Shown one piece after another: positions 54,626 to 64,000 of a DNA stretch of 64,000 nt (position 1 is its first letter; every line of letters starts with the position of its first letter). The position numbers and the translations under genes are program-made. The notes beneath the pieces are model-generated. The model did not search any database and was not told where the DNA came from. It was given only the letters and a program-made list of their open reading frames with translations. This DNA comes from Eledone cirrhosa (taxonomy: Eukaryota). The stretch is from assembly GCA_964016885.1 (NCBI GenBank), contig OZ024741.1:284456001-284520000 (forward strand). The letters are read 5' to 3'.

Positions 54626-55417
54626 TCTGTTTACTCTTTTTATCTTCTATTTACATATAGGAAAATATTAAAAATCGCCTAGAACAAATTATTTGCCATA
54701 GTCTGCCATTGAATGTGGATTTAAAAGTATTAAATTTATTTGTGCATTTAATGGAAAATGTTTCTTTCTTCATGAAGATTATTTTATGAAAATTTAGTTT
54801 TCTTTTTAATTGAATAATTAATCAATTGATAAAAGTTAAGCCCTATGATATCTTCAATAACAACAGAATCAATATAACTTATTAATTAATCTATCAAAAT
54901 AACATACATTAATATTGTATTCAAAGGAACATTTTGCTAGTCTCAGTGGAAGAGATAAGCGGATTTCTATCTCTAGATTCTGATTTAGTTGCAGATAATT
55001 TGGTTTACTCTTTGTTTAGCAGGCTATATTTGTTGTGAAACATTATTACATAATTACATACAAAAAAACAAAAGCACACATACATTAGCCACATATGAAT
55101 TCATACACAGACATGCATACACGCGCACACACACACACACAATATAGCGCATGCGCGTACACACACACGCACCGTTTTTGTATATATGTATGTATATGCA
55201 CACACACACAGACACACACACACGGACACACACACACAGACACACACACATATATATATGTAGATATGTGTATATATATGTGTGTAATGTGTAATATATA
55301 TAAATATATATCTATTTGGAAAGACCAACGGAAACATTGTTCCCTCGGTCCGATTTGACGAAAGTCGATCGTTCCTCTATATATCTATATATTTCTATCT
55401 ATCTATACACACTAACA

Positions 55418-55563
<146 letters not shown>

Positions 55564-55564
55564 A

Positions 55565-55612
<48 letters not shown>

Positions 55613-57203
55613 TTATTGTGTGTAAGAAAGAAGATTAATGTTTATTTAGGAAATTGGAAAATTTCAATATGTTTAGGCCATGCTTCAGTGCAAGTGAATA
55701 TTTTCTGAGTTACAAGTCAATAGTTTTTTGTAAAAAAGGATTGGTGTTCGAAAGACTACTGTGCTTGGTGATTTTAATGGAGGGGGTTTTTATTTCATTT
55801 TTTTTTGTGAGGGCTTTGATTGGGTACTAGGAATATGTTGGTGATATGGTTGTGTGGGTGATTTCTTAGTGTGGTTGTGGATTAGGGGAATATAGGTGTT
55901 TATTGTTAATGAAGTTTTTGTTAAATGAAGCAATGTGATTAAAGAGATTAAAAACCTGTTCTTTAGCAGTATAGGAATGCCAGATGGTAACATGGTGGAC
56001 AATCAACCGATTTAGCAGATGGGTGAACAGACAATTATGTATGTGAGTGGATATATAAATAAAAATAGGGGTGAAATGAATTATTTCACTCAGACGTTGA
56101 AAACCCAGTAACTATACTGGTTTTAGGTCTTCCTGTTCTCGCTGGCCAAGTGTTGGTTGGACGGGGCATCCCGTGGCTTGTTGATTACTCCTGGACATAG
56201 GGTAAAATCAAATATATATGAATGATTGTGATTACCTAAAATGAACTGTGATAAATGTAGGGATTTAGTTTTGTCGTAATTAACTGTATGTTAACGAACA
56301 GAGACAGCTATGTAGGTAGAGATGTCTGATTTATAGGTGGAACGTATATTGGCGTGCATAAATGTGTGAGTGTCAATTATTTGTGGAATGTGGTATTCTA
56401 ATTTATATCTAAAATAGGCACTTCCAAACACACACACACATACGCGTGTGCACACCTGTATACACATAACATATATATCTATGCTTATATATATATACTA
56501 AAAATACTGAAATATACAAACCTCCAATACTAGTTCTATTGAAAACATAAAAAAGATACACATACACACACACCATATTCAACCACCTACCTACTATTAA
56601 TGCAAACTTAAATGAAAATATTTTTTTAAACTCCTTTCTAATTTCTCACACACGAGATTTGCTTTGTCAAAAACGCTTATATACAAAACTGATAGTTTTG
56701 TATTCAGGATACAATACATAACAAGAAATCGACAACAATCCAACACCTAAAAACATAAAATCTAACGTTCAATACATACCAACAACCAAATCCTTCTCAA
56801 ATTTAGTTACAAATTACTTCCTAGCCACACATCTTTTAACCGAAACTGACAAAAAGGCTGTTACTTCAGAACCAGAATTGTCAAATTGCCAGACCCCTAC
56901 CAAACCTTTTAGAAATAAATACCTATGGCAAATTATCATACAGGCCTCTGTAAACCCCGACATTCTTTTATGATGAGACAATAAGCTCCGAAATGCACAA
57001 CGTCAGTTTATGTTTTTTCTGCTTACAGAAAATGTTTAAGCTTCTTTATTTGAAGAGTTCAATAACTGTAGTTATATTTACATTAAATGTATTTCTTTGT
57101 CACTTAACACTGAGGAAACCGGACCAAGCACCAGCTTGGTGAGCCTCCGGGTGTAGGACAGAATTACAAACATACATACATACACAAACCACAAACACGT
57201 ATC

Positions 57204-57236
<33 letters not shown>

Positions 57237-57959
57237 GTGGGATATGAGGGTTGACCTGGGATGTAGGCTGAAGTTTTCTCGGGTTGTCCAAATATCTCTG
57301 AAACCAGATGTGGTACCATGGGAAGAAATATGCGGCAACACCTTTGAGCGAAAGAGTGCTGAAGGGCGAAAGGTTGGCACGTATAGCTATTTCCAATCTA
57401 GGTGGACTGTAGGGGATTCCCAGATCACTCGACACGGAGAATGCTCACTGCCATTGGAATAACAGGAAGGCATATACGATATGTTTATGTATAATAAACA
57501 TACAAGAGTATCTTTATGAATATTTTAAGCTTTGATCATGTCACATCTATCTTAGTAACCGGTGAGAATGAGAGACGCGTGTTTCGGGATTTTTACTTCT
57601 CATCGGCGACATTTACTTACTCGGTACTAAGTCATGATATCTGTATTTTAATCGTAACCGTAATAGCATTGGATGAGCAAATCGACGCAAATTACAACAA
57701 CATGTTACGGAACTATTATATAACTGCATGTGGCTTAGAACTGCTGTTAATTTTTGATTTTGAAACACAATCTCTTATCTTTAATATAAACACCCTACAA
57801 CTTCAGTCAATAAAAAAAAAAAATTACGGTATTAATTTCCACATTCATATCGAATATCCAATTTACACAAATGCGTTGAATGCTAAAATAGGCATCACTA
57901 ATAATAGTAATAATATTTTTTTTCCTTTTTGTAAGGTTTCTCTAGTAATCGGTTGCTAG

Positions 57960-58200
57960 GTGCAGCGTTGTTAATTGGCCTTAGATCAGTCCCTGATTTC
58001 AGAGGCTCAATATATCGCGTAGGATTCTGGCAGTGCACATGACGGTAGAAATGTGGGTACCGCCTATGAAGTCGGGGATTCCAATGCCTTTGATGAAAGA
58101 CGTAAGGCGTTTAGAGACCGTGCCTTGATCCCCAATGACGGTCGGTCCAACTGCTGTCTCTACATGGTCACCATTTCCAGTAGCACTTGCAAGGTCTGCA
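57960..58200 (-). mobile_element. R4/NeSL-like RLE C-terminal remnant with a (TAA)-type repeat
   Basis: [12 protein letters not shown]...[15 protein letters not shown] resembles the PIVIGALG...LLGTARILR.VL consensus. Confidence 0.55.
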
Positions 58201-58239
58201 TAAATAATAATAATCATCAAAATAATCATAATAATATTA

Positions 58240-59110
<871 letters not shown>

Positions 59111-59540
59111 AGACAAGCATGAAAAATTTGATTTCTATTATGTGGCCAGAAAAGCAAGTGATACTAGAATAGTACAAATCCGAAGCAGAAGACAAAGAAA
59201 ATATAGAAAGGCATTCGTTGTATAGAATTTCTGATCAGGAATGGAAAGTCGTATGTTAATCTATAGTCTGTCGCTATCAACATGTAAATCTCTATTGTTT
59301 ACATTTTTAGATCAATAATGATTGAAATAAGCCTGCCTTGATTAATAAACATTCATTCATTCCTTCATTCATTCATCTTTCATTCACTCATTCATCTAGG
59401 AAGAAGTAAATGAAGATTCGGAGAGTTCGGAGAGAGAGTTCGGAGAGAGAGAGTGTTCGGAGAGTTCGGAGAGAGTTCGGAGAGAGAGAGAATGGTGGGT
59501 GGGTGGGAGAAGGCTGGAATAACGTAGTTTGGAATACATA

Positions 59541-59959
59541 TACAGTAAGTCACCACTTTACGAACACCCTACTTACGAACTTCCGCAGATACGAATAGTC
59601 TCACAAAAAAAAAATATTTTGTCTGAGTTTTAAATTCGCGGGGTAGATTTGTTTTTGTGGGCTCTTTTGGGCCCTTCTTTTGCAGCATAGAAACAAGCCG
59701 AAATCATACCATTCTGCTTTCGTAAAATTGAAAAAATACTTTTTTCTTTAACAATTTATTGTCATTAGCTTCAGAGTATTTAATTCATTATTATATGCTA
59801 TATACTGTATATATATCACTCATATGGAAACCTATTGTATCAATGTAACATATATGAGCTTACTGATACGCACTGTGTAAGACGATCGACTTATGAACAA
59901 ATCAACTAACGAACGGCCTCTTGGAACGTAACTCGTTCGTAAGCTGGGGACGTATTGTA
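59541..59959. mobile_element. Tigger-like MITE
   Basis: TIRs tacagtaagtcaccactttacgaac / gttcgtaagctggggacgtattgta, TA-flanked. Confidence 0.65.
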
Positions 59960-60155
59960 TGTATTAATATTATGATTAATACATACAATTATTAATCACA
60001 TTGTCAAACAAATGCCAATGCCCAGATAAACCAGAGTGCTAAAAATACCCACCGTTAGAAATTTAACCCAGCTCTACTAATGTAAGATTTAAAAAAACTT
60101 TAGGAGCAGTAATACAATAATACATCAGCAAGTATTGCCCAGACAAAATGTATCC

Positions 60156-60355
60156 NNNNNNNNNNNNNNNNNNNNNNNNNNNNNNNNNNNNNNNNNNNNN
60201 NNNNNNNNNNNNNNNNNNNNNNNNNNNNNNNNNNNNNNNNNNNNNNNNNNNNNNNNNNNNNNNNNNNNNNNNNNNNNNNNNNNNNNNNNNNNNNNNNNNN
60301 NNNNNNNNNNNNNNNNNNNNNNNNNNNNNNNNNNNNNNNNNNNNNNNNNNNNNNN
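60156..60355. other. Assembly gap (200 N)
   Basis: Run of N characters. Confidence 1.
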
Positions 60356-60376
60356 AAATGTATCCAAATACCTTGC

Positions 60377-60412
<36 letters not shown>

Positions 60413-60568
60413 ATGAGGGTATTTTTAAAAGATAAAAAACGAGATGTCCTATACGAGTGAAAGTATAAGAAAAAAAGATGAAATCGAAAAGATCTGTGAA
60501 ACTGGTAAAGGAAACACAAATATTCTTAAAAAGACTCCAGTTGCATTTTCGATGTCATCTTTTTTTCC

Positions 60569-60643
<75 letters not shown>

Positions 60644-61082
60644 GTTATTCCCTTGCTGAGTACCATGTGCGTTCTTGGCTATAGGTCCCCTCTTTATTGT
60701 CGGACGAAATCCCGTTGAGAAAGCTGTTCCGCGTCCACCCCTTCTCTAGAAGTCTTATATATTTTTTATGTGGGCTGATAGTGATTGGATTAAGGAATTG
60801 CAGAAACCCAAGAAGCTAGATCTAACACCCTTCCAGCGGGTCTGGGTGAGTTTTTTACATTCATTTAATTTATTAATTTATTGATATTTTATTTGAGTGT
60901 CCCGAATCTTCCTTGGTCGTTCTTTTTCGGCTGTACGGGTGATTTTAGGCATGATCTCCTTGTGTTGGTAATTTAACGATGGTTATAGCTCTGATTTATC
61001 CAAATTATTGAGCCCTCTGCCACACATGTCGGATATTGTTTATCGTGATTTCGTGGGCCGATATTCCGATTCTCGATTATTC

Positions 61083-61126
<44 letters not shown>

Positions 61127-61202
61127 TGTGTGTGTGTGTGTAGTTGAAAATGAACGAACAAAACGCAGCAGGAAATTGTACACTTGGTGGAAGTGTAGGC
61201 GG

Positions 61203-61238
61203 TTTCGACGTTTCGGTCAGAAGTCCATCACCAGGAAA
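61203..61238 (-). ncRNA. Degenerate minimal hammerhead motif
   Basis: Minus strand reads tttc CTGGTGA t ggac ttct gacc GAAA CGTC gaaa: perfect 4-bp stem I, one core substitution, one stem II mismatch; next to (TA)n(TG)n. Confidence 0.5.
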
Positions 61239-61759
61239 GTTCGGATATCGGCAGAACAGAAACTCCGAGGAGGAGTAAGGGAGGGTTAAGGAGGGAAGTT
61301 AAAAGTAAAAATAGAAAATAAAAAATAGAAAGTAAAAATTAAAATAAAACGGATAGGGGTACAATGACATAAAAACGAAAGTAAGTGAATGAACGTAGAT
61401 AAAGATGGTATAAGACCGATTCTTAATTTCTAAGTATATAGTACACTGATTCAGAAAATCGGTAAGTAAATGAATTTACATAAAGATGATAAAATATATA
61501 TTCCTAAATTCTATACAGTGCCGATATTAAATAATCTGCACTATAAAGACAAAACATTCCCTCCTCAGTAGAATTTGTCTTACTAAACTTGAAAGAGGAA
61601 AAAAAAGTTACAAAAAAAATATATATCCTTTAGATGGCGCTGGCCTTTCAATATTCATTGCTAGGCTTTCAAAATGTTTATTTATTAAACATACTGTATA
61701 TTTTTAGATATACGAAATCCACATATTCACATACTAGTATGTATACAGCTATGTAGGAG

Positions 61760-61806
<47 letters not shown>

Positions 61807-63942
61807 AAGTATTTCCGAAGAAAAAGCAAAGGAAAAAAGAGTGCTCTATGTATAGAACAGAGCTATTTAATTAGAAAGTGAACAACACAATATATAACTC
61901 TAGTTCATTCATCAGACAAGGAGGTTTTGATATTCATTTTATTATGGCTAAATAGTGAATCTTGTTACCTTGAAGTTTCGTTTGTTTATCATAGTGCTAT
62001 GATGGCCCTGTGATAAACAGACGAAACTCCAGAGTCACTATTTAGCTATATAATAAAATAAATATAAGAAGAAATAGGAGTATTCGTTTAAGTAGGTTAA
62101 TTCATGTTTGTGTAAAATGAATATGCGAAACAAAAATGGGAGAGGCAGCTTACCGATTAAATGTGTCCAACGGGTCGGTGGAGTTGTGTAATATAAGTAA
62201 CTTGATGATACGAAATGCGTCAACGAGTATGGTATATATGTTCCAAGTAGAATTTCACGGAGTAATTTAAAGTGAATAGGGTCCTAGGAAAAAGTAGGCA
62301 AAAATCTGTTGAAATTCAAAGAAAGATTTGTTACGTAATAGGGTCCCTTACACGTGTTGCAATGCAGTTATGCGATCGCCTACGAGAGCTGAAAAACTAT
62401 GTTATATAATCCACTATTCCGCAAAGTGTATTTACATTAGTACTTCATCAGAGAGGTCTGGAAGAAAACTAAAGCTCTGAGGACCAGGTTCCGTTTAGAT
62501 AGTAATTCTAGCATGCAGACAGGCACAACCTCAAAGTATTTATCGTCATATTAATCATATAATAATCATGCAAATTTAACGTTAAAATAAGAATATAGAT
62601 ATACTCACATAGCACATTTCATGTGTACAAATCAATGAGAAGGAAACATTTTTTAGAGTAGCCAATGGAATGTGTTAGCAAGTCATTAGAGGAAATGGGT
62701 CTAGCGACATGGCTAGTGCATCCAGTAATTGGTTAACTATAGTTCGTTATTATCATAAGGCGTGTAAATGTTTTACAGGCTTAAAGAAAAGAGGACAGCG
62801 AGATGTATAAATTTACTGGGATAAGATCAAAGAAAGACGGTGTGGTTGAAATGAATAAATCCAACCAATAGCAAGCAGCTATAGATATAAGATTCAAGGG
62901 TTGAGATTGGAAAGATAGCTTGGCTGAAGTAAATAATTTCGGCTAGTTATTGAAAAAGAAATTTGTTCTTAAATATAAGTGATAGTAAGCGTTTTTACAG
63001 TGACGTAATATATTGGATCGTCAAGTATGAAATTTGTAGAAATTTTTTTTCTACAAATTTCTACAAATTTCATACATGACGATCCAATATATCCGTTGTT
63101 TGTTTCATTACATAGACATTTGGCATGTTAATAGGTAGACTTACTAGGCTTACGATGCCCCTAATTCTTTGTAAGGTGGGAATTGAATTCGGTTATACTC
63201 TGTTTTAATTTGATATAATGTTTTTAATACCTCTGAGGAAAGAGGAAAGTGCACTATGTAAAGAATTTGTAATCTAATTTATTGCTTTGCTTATTTTTTG
63301 CTTAGGAATTATGTATAATATCAATTCAGTAATTCTATGCATCATGTTGATACTCGGTAAACATGTGTAAGGGATTAAATGATTTAAAAAGTAATTTTTC
63401 CATCTATATATTTGATTACATTTGCTCTGTGTTTATGTCTGTTTTCCAACTTTTTCTCTCTAAGAAAATCCTCCTTTTTCTTCAGACCAATATAATGTAT
63501 AAACACATTGAGCTAATTCTATTTAGTAATTATATAATATCATATATAATTCTCCACATACATTTGAGTTATATATATTTTTATCTTTGCTATATATATA
63601 TATATATATAAAATTGCACAGGTGTTCTTAAAAACACCAAAATCCAGATAAGTAGAAATAGCTTTTATTGCGTAACCCTTACACGCATTTCCTCATATGC
63701 ATTACATATAAGTCTTGGACCGCTAATGTTTGCTTGGACCGCTAATGTTTGGTTATTTCATTACTCTAATCCAAATTAATTCGCATCCAACAACTTAGAT
63801 ATGTAATTACAATGAATTTGAATAATTCTCTCTCTCTCTATCCCTCTTTCTCTCTTTATATATATATATATATATATGTATGTATATATATATACATATA
63901 TATATACATACATATATGTATATATATGTATATATATGTATA

Positions 63943-64000
<58 letters not shown>

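Noticed and set aside
56965-57010. Hammerhead-like tgatgag...ctccgaaatgcacaacgtc
   Set aside because: The core C is missing and stems I-III are poorly paired; at best a decayed relic.

Overview
AT-rich, microsatellite-dense animal DNA; the SINE and LINE repertoire suggests an octopod cephalopod (inference). The only host gene I can support is a minus-strand class A GPCR resembling cholecystokinin/sulfakinin receptors. Two spliced coding exons are present (18087-17716 and 6407-5812); the TM1-TM2 exons were not found, so most of the window is probably intron. That intron carries many tRNA-derived SINEs (some in head-to-tail arrays), a near full-length CRE-type retrotransposon with two partial copies, non-autonomous Helitrons, and remnants of mariner, Tigger-like, Tx1/L1, RTE, R4-like and Penelope-like (PLE) elements. 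The most striking pattern is a set of short non-coding elements in or next to (TA)n microsatellites. Many begin with an inverted copy of their own sequence, and several carry hammerhead ribozyme motifs in at least three architectures (1604-1664 and 21017-21076; 7930-7965, 38585-38620 and 61203-61238; 43623-43701). A separate class of palindromes is centred on (TA)n tracts. Repeat boundaries were read by eye and are approximate; no alignment, folding or database search was run.
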